A model generated the notes under the pieces. That model was given only the letters and a program-made list of their open reading frames with translations, was not told where the DNA came from and made no database searches. A stretch of DNA of 64,000 bases from Acutalibacteraceae bacterium (lineage in GTDB: Bacteria > Bacillota > Clostridia > Oscillospirales > Acutalibacteraceae): the NCBI GenBank assembly GCA_045541305.1, contig JAZQIV010000176.1, forward strand, positions 3,173-67,172. The letters run 5' to 3'. This document shows positions 44,163 through 55,176 of the stretch, one piece after another. A program made the translations under genes and the position numbers. Numbering within the stretch: the first letter of the stretch is position 1; the number at the start of each line of letters is the position of its first letter.

Positions 44163-46061
44163 ATGGATGTAAATGTTAAGCGTGCTGTGCAGATAGATTT
44201 AGCCAGACAAATCGAAACCATGCCGACCGTTTTTCGGTTTTTCGATGTGGCGCATGTTGCGGGAATGAACATGGTTTTTCTCTATCTGGAAGATCGGATC
44301 AAAACAAAATCCTATCCTTATTCTCCGGATAGTGAAAGTTATCTGCCGGAGCAAATCAGGCAAATGGTGGAATATGCCGATAAGCTGGGATTGGAACTTG
44401 TGCCGATTGTTTCCGGACTGGGACATGTGGAACGGTTTATGCGGCATCCCGAACTGGCTCATCTTGCGGAACTGCACGGAAATATTGAGGGGTGCTTTAC
44501 CGAGGCGGGTCAGGCACCATATAAAGACGTCTGCCCCTCCAAGCGTGAGACCTATGAGTTTTTCGATACGTATTTAACGGAAATTGCCGAATTGTTTCCT
44601 TCTGCTTATTTCCATGCAGGGTACGACGAGGTGTTTGATATCGGTTACTGCGATTTATGCAAGCCGATAGCAGAAAAAGAGGGCATGGGCAATATATTCT
44701 TGCAGCATATGCTCCATACCCATCATCTTTTATCTTCAAAAGGCAAGCGGATGCTGATATGGGATGATATGTTTGAGGAATATCCACAGATACTGCAAGA
44801 ACTTCCTCGTGATATTATTATCTGCTCATGGCATTACAATTTTATCGACCGTCGGCCGGAAGGGCAGTTTAACAATCGAAAACGTGAAGATTCTTTTAAG
44901 TTGTACGAGGATCTTGGCTTTTCGTATTTCGGCGCAACGTTCTTTAGTGTTGCGAACATTGATACTTTCACGGATTATGCTGAACGTCATAATCCGACGG
45001 GGATGCTGCTGACAATTTGGGAAATGTCCGCTGAACAGCTCACACTCATTTATCCGATCATCATGTATGCGGGCATGCTGTGGAATGACGATACGTTGTT
45101 ACCGTCTGCCGAGCGCCTGGTGCGAGCAACCGAAATCTTAGTCGGTTCCCATGAATTGGCTGAAGTTCTTAGCATCGGACTTTCCACAAGATTAAAAAAT
45201 CCTCTCTTCTCAGGGGTTCGCAAGGCCATTGAATTGCCCTGCTTGGATGATCATCGACAGGATGAAATCTGTATGTTGGTTGAAAGCAAATTGTTGGATT
45301 TCCATGCAACCGACAGCCAGAAGCAATACATTGATGCGGTACTCGGACGCATTCAGTTTTTTAGAATCTCGTATCGTATCAGCTTGCTCGCTTATCGTTT
45401 CTTCGAATTCCGTACCGGTGAACGCAAAACGGATATTCCCGCTTTATTAGCGGAATTGGTCGATTGCAAGGAGCGATTGCATGCATTGTATCAACGACAA
45501 AAAGAGTTATGGGAATCCGTTCGTCCCGGGATGCCGTCTCCGGATTTGGACGCAAAGTACAAACGTGCTTTTATCGCAATCGATCAGATTATAGAGGATG
45601 TACAATCCTCTGATTTTGGAGAGATAGGACGATTGGATGTACACTTTGCCTATCCCGATCAGACCAGCTCTGTTAAAACAAAAATCACATTGCATTTTGA
45701 AGATAGAGCGGATATGGAAGTGGCAAATGCGAAATTTAAAGCACACGATTTCAAAAATCCGTACTTTTCATATGCGTTCCCGATCCCTGCGGATAGTTCA
45801 CCGTCAGCAGTTTCGATAGAGGTATCGGGATACGGTTCTACCGGTATTGCCTATGTTGACGTCACCACTTTAAAGGGGTGTTTTGTGCCCGGCGAAGTTG
45901 TGGAAACAATCGGCCATACCGAGAACGCTCACTATCTATTGGTGGATGATGCAAGAGCCGCTGTCTTGGGTGAACCGGAGGTTCAGTATTCATTAAAAAA
46001 TCACTCGAGAAAAAAAGACATTCACCTTATCCGATTATGTCTGAAAACATCGTCGGTATGA
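44163..46061 (+). CDS. GH20-like hexosaminidase-family candidate (intracellular)
   Basis: RAVQIDLARQ at the barrel start and FHAGYDEV (a D-E pair in an H-x-G-x-DE context) resemble the GH20 catalytic domain. The ~300-aa C-terminal extension is unassigned. Confidence 0.55.
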   Translation: MDVNVKRAVQIDLARQIETMPTVFRFFDVAHVAGMNMVFLYLEDRIKTKSYPYSPDSESYLPEQIRQMVEYADKLGLELVPIVSGLGHVERFMRHPELAHLAELHGNIEGCFTEAGQAPYKDVCPSKRETYEFFDTYLTEIAELFPSAYFHAGYDEVFDIGYCDLCKPIAEKEGMGNIFLQHMLHTHHLLSSKGKRMLIWDDMFEEYPQILQELPRDIIICSWHYNFIDRRPEGQFNNRKREDSFKLYEDLGFSYFGATFFSVANIDTFTDYAERHNPTGMLLTIWEMSAEQLTLIYPIIMYAGMLWNDDTLLPSAERLVRATEILVGSHELAEVLSIGLSTRLKNPLFSGVRKAIELPCLDDHRQDEICMLVESKLLDFHATDSQKQYIDAVLGRIQFFRISYRISLLAYRFFEFRTGERKTDIPALLAELVDCKERLHALYQRQKELWESVRPGMPSPDLDAKYKRAFIAIDQIIEDVQSSDFGEIGRLDVHFAYPDQTSSVKTKITLHFEDRADMEVANAKFKAHDFKNPYFSYAFPIPADSSPSAVSIEVSGYGSTGIAYVDVTTLKGCFVPGEVVETIGHTENAHYLLVDDARAAVLGEPEVQYSLKNHSRKKDIHLIRLCLKTSSV

Positions 46062-46101
46062 TGTCAATTGGAAGAAATCTTTGTAAGCCGGGAGCAGACG
46101 T

Positions 46102-48255
46102 ATGATGAACCTTGATATAACGGGCAATGCCTTGTGCGCACCTAAAATCGAACATTTTCCTTCACCGGCTGTTGCACTGATTTGGCGCAACTGGGGCATG
46201 ATTCCCGTCGCACGTATTGCCAAGGCTTTGGAATCAACCGAGGGAGCGGTATGCAAAATTGCCGAGTTATTGGGGTTGGACGCTGATCCTTACATAGACC
46301 CGAACTGGATACGTCGCGGTTACTTGACAATTATACGCAACAACTGGAATCTTTGCGAAATTGACCAATTGTTGTGTCTGCTCGATATGAATGAAGAACA
46401 GTTGTCTTTTATATTGAAAGAAGATGACTTCATGTTTGTCAAAATGGGACGCTATAAGCCGAAAGTAGAGCGTCCCCGTCTTTCGACGCTCTCTGAGCAA
46501 GAGCTTTTACAAATCAAACATATTGCCGATATCACAAAACCGTGGGCAAACCTAAAAGAGAACGCTTTTGAATTTTTAGAGAAAAAAAAGCAATCTGTTG
46601 CCCAAAATGTTACGACAAAAAGCCGCCATCTTCGACTGGTATATTCGTATTCAGCTGTTTATGGAGATGCTTTACTGGATGAAAGTTTGGACCCCTATCC
46701 GGATCACTTGTTGCAGGAATATGCCCGTTGCGGCATTAACGGAATCTGGATACACGCTGTTTTATACCAAATTCAACCCTATAAGTGGGATTTATCCCTG
46801 TCAGAAAACTGGGAAAAGCGTGTAGAGGCACTGCGGAGATTAGCAGTCAGAGCACGCAAATATGGTATTGGAACATATTTGTATTTGAATGAACCTCGTC
46901 CGATGAGCGAGAGTTTCTATGAGGAATTCCCTCATTTGAAAGGGGCGACTTTCCGATCCACCTCCTGTCTATGTTCATCCTCGGAAGAGGTGTTGGATTA
47001 CCTTGAGAATACCATGGAAAGTTTGTTCAAAAGTGTGCCGGAGTTAGCAGGATATTTTCATATCAGTTATTCGGAAAACTTTACAAATTGTGCTTCTCGC
47101 GATTTCTCGGTACAACAAACATGTCCTCGTTGCAAAGACCGATCCACAGCGGAAATCCAGGCAGAATTGCATAATCGAATGGCAAAAGGTGCACATCGTG
47201 CTAACCCTGACGCGCTCGCAATTGTTCACACGTGGGGTTGGAATTCGAACTGGGACACGGAGACGATTTGTCTTCTAAATGAAAACCAAGCCGTTTTGTC
47301 CGTTAGCGAAGAAAAAATGCCGTTTGTACTCAATGGAATCAAGGGAGAGGTTATTGATTACTCTATTTCTAAAATCGGTCCCGGCAACGTTGCACGAAAA
47401 CGGTGGGAGGCAGCGAAAGATAAAGGGTTATGTCCCATGGCAAAAATCCAGATTAACTGTAGCTGGGAGATGTCGGCGACTCCGTTTATACCGGTGTTCA
47501 GCTTAGTTGCGGAGCATGTTGAAAAAGTGAAAGAAAACGAAATCAAAGATTTTATGCTCACGTGGACCTTGGGGGGCAGTCCCTCTCCTATTACGGAGTT
47601 GGTTTGCCAATTATTGGATAACGATTTGCCGAAGGAAACTGTGCTGAATCGGTTTTTGCAAGAAAAGTACGGTGCCGCTGCACAGTTGATTTGTAAGGCG
47701 GAACGCAAATTTTCCCAAGCCTTTCGTGAGTTCCCATTCCATGTAAAGACGTTGTATTTCGGACCGCAAAACTACGGTCCTATGGCACCTTTTTATGTTG
47801 TGCCAACCCAAAGGGAGGCTACCATGGTTGGGTTTCCCTACGATGATATCAAAAACTGGTGCGGCTCCTTTACAGAAGAGCAATTGGAAGAACAGTTTTA
47901 CAGGATGGTTACTCTTTGGGAAAAAGGCTTGGAGATTCTTGAAACCAATACGTTTGTGAGCGATAGAAATGTTCATGAATTTCGAAATATGGCGGAAGGC
48001 TTTTATTGTCACGCCTCCTCTGCTCTTAACCATATCCGTTTTGTTCGTTGTCGAGAAAAGGGCGATACAAACGCACTTATTGAAGCCATTCGCAAGGAGC
48101 GTGGAATCGTTAAGCGGTTACTTGTTTTGCGTTCAAAAGACTCCCGCATCGGTTTTGAAGCAAGTAACCAATACTATTACACTTTTCAAGACTTGCGGGA
48201 AAAACTGATCAACTTAGATTATTGTGAAGAGTATTACAAGCGTTTCGTTACCTGA
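46102..48255 (+). CDS. Hypothetical intracellular protein (717 aa), function unassigned
   Basis: Long ORF with a GGGAGC ribosome-binding site, co-oriented within the glycan locus. No motif recognised. Confidence 0.6.
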   Translation: MMNLDITGNALCAPKIEHFPSPAVALIWRNWGMIPVARIAKALESTEGAVCKIAELLGLDADPYIDPNWIRRGYLTIIRNNWNLCEIDQLLCLLDMNEEQLSFILKEDDFMFVKMGRYKPKVERPRLSTLSEQELLQIKHIADITKPWANLKENAFEFLEKKKQSVAQNVTTKSRHLRLVYSYSAVYGDALLDESLDPYPDHLLQEYARCGINGIWIHAVLYQIQPYKWDLSLSENWEKRVEALRRLAVRARKYGIGTYLYLNEPRPMSESFYEEFPHLKGATFRSTSCLCSSSEEVLDYLENTMESLFKSVPELAGYFHISYSENFTNCASRDFSVQQTCPRCKDRSTAEIQAELHNRMAKGAHRANPDALAIVHTWGWNSNWDTETICLLNENQAVLSVSEEKMPFVLNGIKGEVIDYSISKIGPGNVARKRWEAAKDKGLCPMAKIQINCSWEMSATPFIPVFSLVAEHVEKVKENEIKDFMLTWTLGGSPSPITELVCQLLDNDLPKETVLNRFLQEKYGAAAQLICKAERKFSQAFREFPFHVKTLYFGPQNYGPMAPFYVVPTQREATMVGFPYDDIKNWCGSFTEEQLEEQFYRMVTLWEKGLEILETNTFVSDRNVHEFRNMAEGFYCHASSALNHIRFVRCREKGDTNALIEAIRKERGIVKRLLVLRSKDSRIGFEASNQYYYTFQDLREKLINLDYCEEYYKRFVT

Positions 48256-48283
48256 TTATTCTGTTGATTGTGAGGATTATGCG

Positions 48284-51175
48284 ATGAAATTACAGTACCG
48301 TATAGTGATGAAAAGAATAGTAGCCGCACTTTTAGTGACCGTATTATGTATGACGGGGGTACCCTTCACACATGTTGCGGCGAATCAGCTGCCGCAAGAG
48401 GGGATGCAACCCGCCGATGAACAGGCACTATACGGTTATGAGGATTACTGTGCCGGTATCTCCGAACAATCTTTTTTACAATCGCCGATCGACATAACCT
48501 GCGATAATATTACCGCTACCGATAACGGAATGCTTGACATTCAAGAGTTTGATAACAAAGCAGCAGTGGTGATCGGCAAGGATACTGAATGGTGCGAATG
48601 GACTTTTGAAGTTCCCGACGACGGGATTTATAACATCAGTCTTGAATACTTTCCGTTGGAAGGTACGGGGTTGAACATAACGGCGGGCTTGTATCTGGAT
48701 AACGAAATTCCGTTTGCCGAGTTGCGCACATTTGATCTTCCGCGTATTTGGAAAGACAAAACTGAAATAAAGCAAGACGAGCAAGGGAATGATCTGCGCC
48801 CGACGCAGATTGAAAAAGTTCGATGGATCGATACGAAACTTTGTGACACCTCCGGCAAGTTTGAAAACCCCTATTTATTTTACAGTAAGGCCGGCAGCCA
48901 TACATTGAAACTGAGAGTTACCCGTGAGAGCATGGCGATCGCTTGTATTCGCTTGAGTGCCCCCGAAGAGATCCTGAGTTATGAGGAATATATTGCTCAA
49001 TATGGTGAGTCTGACAAAGTATCCAATATTACATATCGCTTTGAAGCAGAAAACTCATTTGAAAAAAACAGTGCGATGTTGTATGCGCTGACGGATAAGA
49101 GCAGCATAGCCACACAACCAAACGATCCTTTTATATCTCGCTTGAATGTGATCGGTCAAGAGAACTGGGACACGCCGGGACAGTTTATCACTTGGAAGGT
49201 AACAGTTCCTCAAAACGGCTTATATACCCTTGCATTCCGAGCAAGACAAAATATGAATCAGGGCATGCACTCGTATCGCACCTTATCCATCAATGGAGAA
49301 GTGCCGTTCAAGGAAGCCGAAAACATCGAATTTAAATATAATTCAGATTGGTATATCAAGGTGTTGGGGGATGAAGCACCGTTTCAGGTATATCTCAAAA
49401 GTGGCGATGAAATTACGCTAACGTGTTCCTCGGGTAAGCTGTGTGAGGTTTTCAGACAGATACAAAAATCTGTTTTAAATCTGAATGAGGTCTACCGTAA
49501 GATTATATTCGTAACCGGTGTGTCTCCGGACGTATACCGAGATTATTCTCTTGAAACCGAAATTCCCGATCTTTCCGATCGCCTTCAAGAGGAATTGGAT
49601 CGGATCACAAGCGCATTGAATGCAACTATGCAGTTGACGGGTGCAGTGAATGCACAAACAGCCACGCTGAACAAAACGATCGAGATCCTGCAGGAGTTTA
49701 TCGACACGCCTCACAGAGTAACTGAAAAACTGGGTACTTTTAAATCCAACATTGAAAGTCTGAGTTCTTTGTTATTGTCTTTCGGTGAACAACCGCTTGA
49801 ATTGGATTGCTTATATTTCTTATCTGAAGACCAAGAGTTACCCAAAGCGAACGAAAGCTTTTGGGAGTCGTTTGCATTCAATTTTTCGAAGTTTATCGGG
49901 TCTTTTATAAACGATTACAGTACCGACAACCCTTTCGCCGATGAATCGAAGGAACTTAAAGTTTGGGTCACCACCGGACGGGATCAGTTGCAAATTTTAA
50001 CGACCATGATCAAGGACTCTTTTACACAAGAAACAAAGATCCCGGTAAAATTAAGTTTAGTTGATACCGGAGATACCTTGATTCAGGCAACAATGGCGGG
50101 GAAAGGTCCGGATATTGCGTTGATGATTTCGCCGGACCATGTCATCAATCTTTCTGCACGAGGCGTATTGGTGGATTTAGCGAAGCCTGAGTTTAATGTT
50201 GAACTTGAAATGAAAGATTGGTTCCAGGAAGCGGCTTGGACTCGCTTTCGATATAACAACGGGGTATATGCCGTTCCCGAAACGTTGAGTTTCCCGATGC
50301 TGTTTTATCGCACAGACATATTCTCGGAATTAAACATTTCTCCTCCCGATACGTGGGATGAGTTTTATTCAGTGCTGCAAAAATTGCAATACAACAATAT
50401 GAATGTGAGCATTCCCGAGTCCAGTACCACTGCTGTAGGTGTGTCGGGGAGTATCGGCTTGTTCCAAAGCTTTTTGTTGCAAAAGGGTGGCGATTATTAT
50501 AATGAATCGCTCACGGCAACCCTGTTCGATACGCCGGAAGCGTATGAGTCGTTTGAAGACTGGGCGAAACTGTATGCGGAATTCGGTGTTGCCAGAAGTG
50601 TGGACTTTTTCAGCCGTTTCAGGACGGGTGATGTTCCGCTGGGTTTATCAGACTATACCACCTATAATCAGCTGGTAGCAGCAGCTCCGGAATTAAACGG
50701 TCTTTGGGCAATGGCTCCTTATCCGGGGACAAAACGGGAGGACGGTACGATTGACCGCACGGTTCCGGCCAGCGGAACAGGTGCTGTAATTCTCGCCGAT
50801 TCCACAAGCAAGCGAGACGTTACAAGTGAAGCATTTGCGTTTCTTAAGTGGTGGGCTAGCCCAACTTCTCAATTGCGGTACGGCAAAGAACTGGAAGCAA
50901 CATTAGGCGTTGCTGCTCGTTATGCTCCTGCAAGTGTAGAAGCGTTTGAAAATATCGGCTGGACGAGTGATGAATTACAACTTTTACAACAACAATCGAA
51001 AAGTTTGAAAAATGTTCTTCCCGTACCGGGGGATTATATGCTCGTTCGTTCCTTAACAAATGCTCTTCGTGCTACTTTGGATGATGGTGAAACCCCACGT
51101 CGTGCGTTATCGATGTATAATCGTCAAATTAACAAAGAGATACAGCGAAAACGCAAAGAGTTTAAGCTCGATTAA
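48284..51175 (+). CDS. Large extracellular solute-binding protein with an N-terminal CBM-like extension (locus copy B)
   Basis: Start moved to ATG 48284 (MKLQYRIVMKRIVAALLVTVLCMTG signal). Collinear with the 10664 protein (FEAENSFEKN..., LNEVYRKIIFVTGVSPDVYRDY, SBP body). Confidence 0.85.
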   Translation: MKLQYRIVMKRIVAALLVTVLCMTGVPFTHVAANQLPQEGMQPADEQALYGYEDYCAGISEQSFLQSPIDITCDNITATDNGMLDIQEFDNKAAVVIGKDTEWCEWTFEVPDDGIYNISLEYFPLEGTGLNITAGLYLDNEIPFAELRTFDLPRIWKDKTEIKQDEQGNDLRPTQIEKVRWIDTKLCDTSGKFENPYLFYSKAGSHTLKLRVTRESMAIACIRLSAPEEILSYEEYIAQYGESDKVSNITYRFEAENSFEKNSAMLYALTDKSSIATQPNDPFISRLNVIGQENWDTPGQFITWKVTVPQNGLYTLAFRARQNMNQGMHSYRTLSINGEVPFKEAENIEFKYNSDWYIKVLGDEAPFQVYLKSGDEITLTCSSGKLCEVFRQIQKSVLNLNEVYRKIIFVTGVSPDVYRDYSLETEIPDLSDRLQEELDRITSALNATMQLTGAVNAQTATLNKTIEILQEFIDTPHRVTEKLGTFKSNIESLSSLLLSFGEQPLELDCLYFLSEDQELPKANESFWESFAFNFSKFIGSFINDYSTDNPFADESKELKVWVTTGRDQLQILTTMIKDSFTQETKIPVKLSLVDTGDTLIQATMAGKGPDIALMISPDHVINLSARGVLVDLAKPEFNVELEMKDWFQEAAWTRFRYNNGVYAVPETLSFPMLFYRTDIFSELNISPPDTWDEFYSVLQKLQYNNMNVSIPESSTTAVGVSGSIGLFQSFLLQKGGDYYNESLTATLFDTPEAYESFEDWAKLYAEFGVARSVDFFSRFRTGDVPLGLSDYTTYNQLVAAAPELNGLWAMAPYPGTKREDGTIDRTVPASGTGAVILADSTSKRDVTSEAFAFLKWWASPTSQLRYGKELEATLGVAARYAPASVEAFENIGWTSDELQLLQQQSKSLKNVLPVPGDYMLVRSLTNALRATLDDGETPRRALSMYNRQINKEIQRKRKEFKLD

Positions 51176-51207
51176 GTTACATTTTTAATGGTATCATCTC
51201 CGAAAGG

Positions 51208-52128
51208 ATGATTGTAGGGATGAAAAAAAGAACTCGAAACCTATCCTCAGAAAGATCCAAAAGCAGTATCGCTCATTATACCATGTTAGCGCCTTTTCTG
51301 ATTTTGTTTATTCTGTTTACCGTAATACCGGTGATAACCGCTATGGTATTAAGTTTTACAGATTTTAACATGATGCAAATGCCAAGCTTCGTTGGCTTAG
51401 ACAATTACATGCGCATGTTGTTTGAAGACGACGTTTTTATGATCGCTCTAAAAAACACCCTGGTTTTGGCGCTGGTTACGGGTCCTATCGGTTACATTCT
51501 TAGTTTTGTTGTGGCTTGGCTTGTGAATGAGTTTAGGCGCCGTACAAGAATGATCTTTACCTTTTTCATTTATTTGCCCGCTTTAGGTGGTAATGCTTTT
51601 TTAATTTGGCAATACATATTCTCACAAGACAGCAGAGGACTTTTAAATGACGTTTTGTTAAAGTTGGGCATTCTTTCCGACCCGATCGGATGGTTAACTA
51701 ATCCCGCTTATAATCTCACGATTTGTGCCGTGGTTATTATCTGGCAAAGTTTTGGCGCAGGATTCCTTTCGTTTATTTCGGGATTGCAATCACTGGATAG
51801 AACGTATTTTGAAGCGGCGGCCATCGACGGGTTGAAAAATCGCTGGCAGGAGCTCTACTACGTTACGTTCCCGCAGATGAAAGAATTTTTACTGTTCGGT
51901 GCGGTCATGTCCATTTCCAGTGCCTTTTCTGTGGGCGGAATTAACAGGGCACTTACCGGTATGCCCAGTACCAGGTATTCGACGCACACGATTTTATTAT
52001 ACATTTCGGATTATGCGAACATTCGTTATGAAATGGGTTTTGCATCTGCTGCTGCCGTCTTGCTCTTCTTCATGATGTTGGTTTCGTGGAGCTTAACGAA
52101 GAAGGCATTAAACAAAGTTTCGGTTTAA
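51208..52128 (+). CDS. Carbohydrate ABC transporter permease (MalF type)
   Basis: EAA loop YFEAAAIDGLKNRWQELYYVTFP. Paralog of the 13527 gene. Confidence 0.9.
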   Translation: MIVGMKKRTRNLSSERSKSSIAHYTMLAPFLILFILFTVIPVITAMVLSFTDFNMMQMPSFVGLDNYMRMLFEDDVFMIALKNTLVLALVTGPIGYILSFVVAWLVNEFRRRTRMIFTFFIYLPALGGNAFLIWQYIFSQDSRGLLNDVLLKLGILSDPIGWLTNPAYNLTICAVVIIWQSFGAGFLSFISGLQSLDRTYFEAAAIDGLKNRWQELYYVTFPQMKEFLLFGAVMSISSAFSVGGINRALTGMPSTRYSTHTILLYISDYANIRYEMGFASAAAVLLFFMMLVSWSLTKKALNKVSV

Positions 52129-52139
52129 GGGGTTTTTCG

Positions 52140-53033
52140 ATGATTGCAAAAATTAAAAAATCACTCCGTAATACGATATTTTTCAAATACAAACAAGTTG
52201 TCTTGTCGCGTTCCAAAGCCGGCACATTCGCCATTGCGGTTTTTCTAACGTTAATGTCTGCCTTTATGTTCCTTCCGGTGTTTTATTCACTCGTGCAGGC
52301 ATTCAAACCGATTGAAGAGCTTTTTGTTTATCCGCCTCGTTTCTTCGTGATCAATCCGACACTGGAAAACTTCAAATCCATTTTTCAATTGGCGGAAACA
52401 TTGGATGTTCCGTTTGGTCGATATCTGTTTAATAGTTTATTTGTCGCAATTGTTGGAACCGTCACGTATGTGTTCCTTTCTTCACTGGCGGCGTATCCTT
52501 TGGCCAAGGGGAAATTTTCCGGACGTATATTGATTTCCAATCTGATCGTTTGGGCTCTTTTGTTTAATGCCGAAGTGACAGCCATGCCTCGGTATATTGT
52601 GATCGCCAAACTTGGGTTAATCGATACGTATTGGGCACTCTTTTTGCCGGCATTTGCAGGAACGATGGGCGTTTTTTTGATGAAACAATTCATTTCGTCT
52701 GCCATACCGGATTCCATATTGGAAGCTGCCAGGATTGACGGTGCAGGCGAATATAAAATATTTTTCAAAATCGTCATGCCGAGCGTGAAAGCGGCGTGGC
52801 TGACTGTTATCATCTTTTCCTTCCAATCGTTTTGGGGGAGCTCCGGTTCCTATATCTACACGGAAAATCTGAAACAGCTCCCTGCCGTTTTATCATCCAT
52901 TACGGCAGCGGGTATTGCTCGTGCAGGCGCAGGTGCGGCGGTAGGGGTTGTGATGATGATTTTACCTGTAACGGTTTTCTTGATATCACAAAGTTCCATT
53001 ACCGAAACGATGGCACATTCGGGATTGAAGTAA
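52140..53033 (+). CDS. Carbohydrate ABC transporter permease (MalG type)
   Basis: Start moved to ATG 52140. EAA loop ILEAARIDGAGEYKIFFKIVMPSVKA. Paralog of the 14470 gene. Confidence 0.9.
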   Translation: MIAKIKKSLRNTIFFKYKQVVLSRSKAGTFAIAVFLTLMSAFMFLPVFYSLVQAFKPIEELFVYPPRFFVINPTLENFKSIFQLAETLDVPFGRYLFNSLFVAIVGTVTYVFLSSLAAYPLAKGKFSGRILISNLIVWALLFNAEVTAMPRYIVIAKLGLIDTYWALFLPAFAGTMGVFLMKQFISSAIPDSILEAARIDGAGEYKIFFKIVMPSVKAAWLTVIIFSFQSFWGSSGSYIYTENLKQLPAVLSSITAAGIARAGAGAAVGVVMMILPVTVFLISQSSITETMAHSGLK

Positions 53034-53054
53034 TTGCTAAAAGGAGGCGGTATC

Positions 53055-55175
53055 ATGCTGCGAAAATTTTTGAAATACTGTGTTTCTTTTCTTGCCGTTT
53101 TGGCTATTACTTCCGTTCCCGCTGTGTCGGCTCAACCGAATTTGTTTGTTCCCTATACAACCTACGATTACAACCAATACAGCGAATCTATCCCCGCTCC
53201 CGTTGGCTATACTGTAGTCGAAAAAATAACCGGTGAATCACTTGGGTTGGACAAATCGTTCGAAACCCCTACCGATCTATTTTTCGATGACAAGGATACG
53301 CTCTATGTATTGGATAGTGGGAATAGCAGAATTGTTATCTTGGATACCCATTTTCATTTGAAAGGTGTTATGCAAGAATTCCAGGATGAAAACGGGGAGA
53401 TTTTCGATTTTTCCGGAGCGGAAGGTTTTACTGTGGCTCATGATGGCACAGTCTATATTGCGGATACCGAACGTGAACGAATACTGGTATTTAACGGTGA
53501 TGGTTCGTTTCGTCAAATGATTACCAAACCGGAACAAACCGATCAAAGCAGTGAATTACCTTTTGATGTGAGTAAACTCATCATCGATGAAAACAACTAT
53601 TTATATGCCATTGCTAAAAGTTGCAATTTGGGCGCATTCGTATTTAATGAAAACGGTGAATTTGAAAAATATTTCGGTAGTAATCCGGTCGTGAAAACCA
53701 GCGAAGTCGTTATGAACTATTTTCTTCGCCGCTTTTTAACGCAAGAGCAGCTGGATGGTTTAGTAAAATCAACACCGATTACGATTTCAAATTTTGATAT
53801 TGATGATAACGGGTTTATTTATTCGGCAACAATAAGTTCCGGTTCCTCTACTATAGGTGCCGGAATGATTCGGAAATTGAATTATCTTGATAAGGACACA
53901 CTGACAAGCGGAATCATTTTCGGAGATTTAGAATGGGACCGAAAGTCTGTAGATAGTACCGTAATTACCACTTTTGGGGATATTGATGTTGACAACCGGG
54001 GATTCCTCAATTTGTTGGATACCGGACGTGCAAAGGTCTTTCAATATACTCAAGACGGCCAGCTGATCAGCGTTTTCGGTTCGTACGGAGATCAAAGTGG
54101 ATGCTTTGGGCAACCCACGGCAATCGTATCGAGTGGGGATAAAGTATACGTAGCAGATTCGGGGAAGAACTGTATTCATGTTTTTGCTCCGACTGCTTAT
54201 GCAACTCAATATCGCAATGCAATACTGAAATTGCAAAAAAATGAATTTGAAAGTTCACTGAATGAATTTGAGGAATTACTTTCCCTAAACACCAATAATG
54301 AGCAAGCGTATTATGGCATGGGCCTTGTGTACGATGTGCAGGGCAATTATAAAGAGGCGATGCGCTGCTTTAAGTTGGCGAACCATACTGAAGGTTACTC
54401 GGAAGCGTTCCGTGAATATCGCAGAATTACCCTTAAAAATCTCACAATCCCGCTTATCATTTTCGTGGTTGCGGTTTTAGGTGTTTTAAAGCTACTTGCT
54501 GTTAAAAAAGCCAAGGTCGTTACAACAACTTCTAATGGATATTCTAAATGGGAAACGAAATACGCTTTCCCGTTATACACGCTTTTTCACCCATTAGACG
54601 GCTTTTATCAAGTTAAGACGCGAAAAATCGGTTCGTTAAAAGTTGCGTTTATCTTGATAGTGGCGGTGTTTGCAGTTACCACTTTTAGTTTTTTCAGCAC
54701 GGGGTATCTTTTCAACACCAACAGAATATCGGACTACAACATCTTTATCATGCTGCTTCAGACGGTTGGTCTGCTTGTTCTGTTTATTGTTGCAAACTGG
54801 TCTGTGTGTACGTTGCTGAACGGAAATGGCAGTTTAAAAGAAATCACAATCGTTACCTCGTACGCAATGGTGCCGTGGTTAGGCTGCACCGTACTGAAGG
54901 TTGTTTTATCGAATTTCTTGGTTTTGCAAGAATACGCTTTCTTGGATATCCTTGTTACCGTCGGGCTGCTTTGGTCTATTCTGTTGCTGATATGTGGCAT
55001 GTATTGTATCCATGAGTATACCGTGTTTCAAACCGTTTTCGCCATTATTATGACGCTGCTTGGAATGGCTATTATCGTTTTCCTGATTGCGATGTTCTTT
55101 AGCTTATTACAGCAGACCGGAAGTTTCTTTGACTCAATCATCACCGAAGCAATTTTCAAATGGGGGAGGGGATAA
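53055..55175 (+). CDS. Signal peptide + NHL-repeat propeller + TPR-like region + Yip1-like multi-TM domain (copy B)
   Basis: Start moved to ATG 53055 (AAGGAGG upstream). NHL-like blades LYVLDSGNSRIVILD, VYIADTERERILVF, VYVADSGKNCIHVF. TPR-like NEQAYYGMGLVYDVQGNYKEAMRCFKLA. Six C-terminal hydrophobic helices. Confidence 0.7.
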   Translation: MLRKFLKYCVSFLAVLAITSVPAVSAQPNLFVPYTTYDYNQYSESIPAPVGYTVVEKITGESLGLDKSFETPTDLFFDDKDTLYVLDSGNSRIVILDTHFHLKGVMQEFQDENGEIFDFSGAEGFTVAHDGTVYIADTERERILVFNGDGSFRQMITKPEQTDQSSELPFDVSKLIIDENNYLYAIAKSCNLGAFVFNENGEFEKYFGSNPVVKTSEVVMNYFLRRFLTQEQLDGLVKSTPITISNFDIDDNGFIYSATISSGSSTIGAGMIRKLNYLDKDTLTSGIIFGDLEWDRKSVDSTVITTFGDIDVDNRGFLNLLDTGRAKVFQYTQDGQLISVFGSYGDQSGCFGQPTAIVSSGDKVYVADSGKNCIHVFAPTAYATQYRNAILKLQKNEFESSLNEFEELLSLNTNNEQAYYGMGLVYDVQGNYKEAMRCFKLANHTEGYSEAFREYRRITLKNLTIPLIIFVVAVLGVLKLLAVKKAKVVTTTSNGYSKWETKYAFPLYTLFHPLDGFYQVKTRKIGSLKVAFILIVAVFAVTTFSFFSTGYLFNTNRISDYNIFIMLLQTVGLLVLFIVANWSVCTLLNGNGSLKEITIVTSYAMVPWLGCTVLKVVLSNFLVLQEYAFLDILVTVGLLWSILLLICGMYCIHEYTVFQTVFAIIMTLLGMAIIVFLIAMFFSLLQQTGSFFDSIITEAIFKWGRG

Positions 55176-55176
55176 A

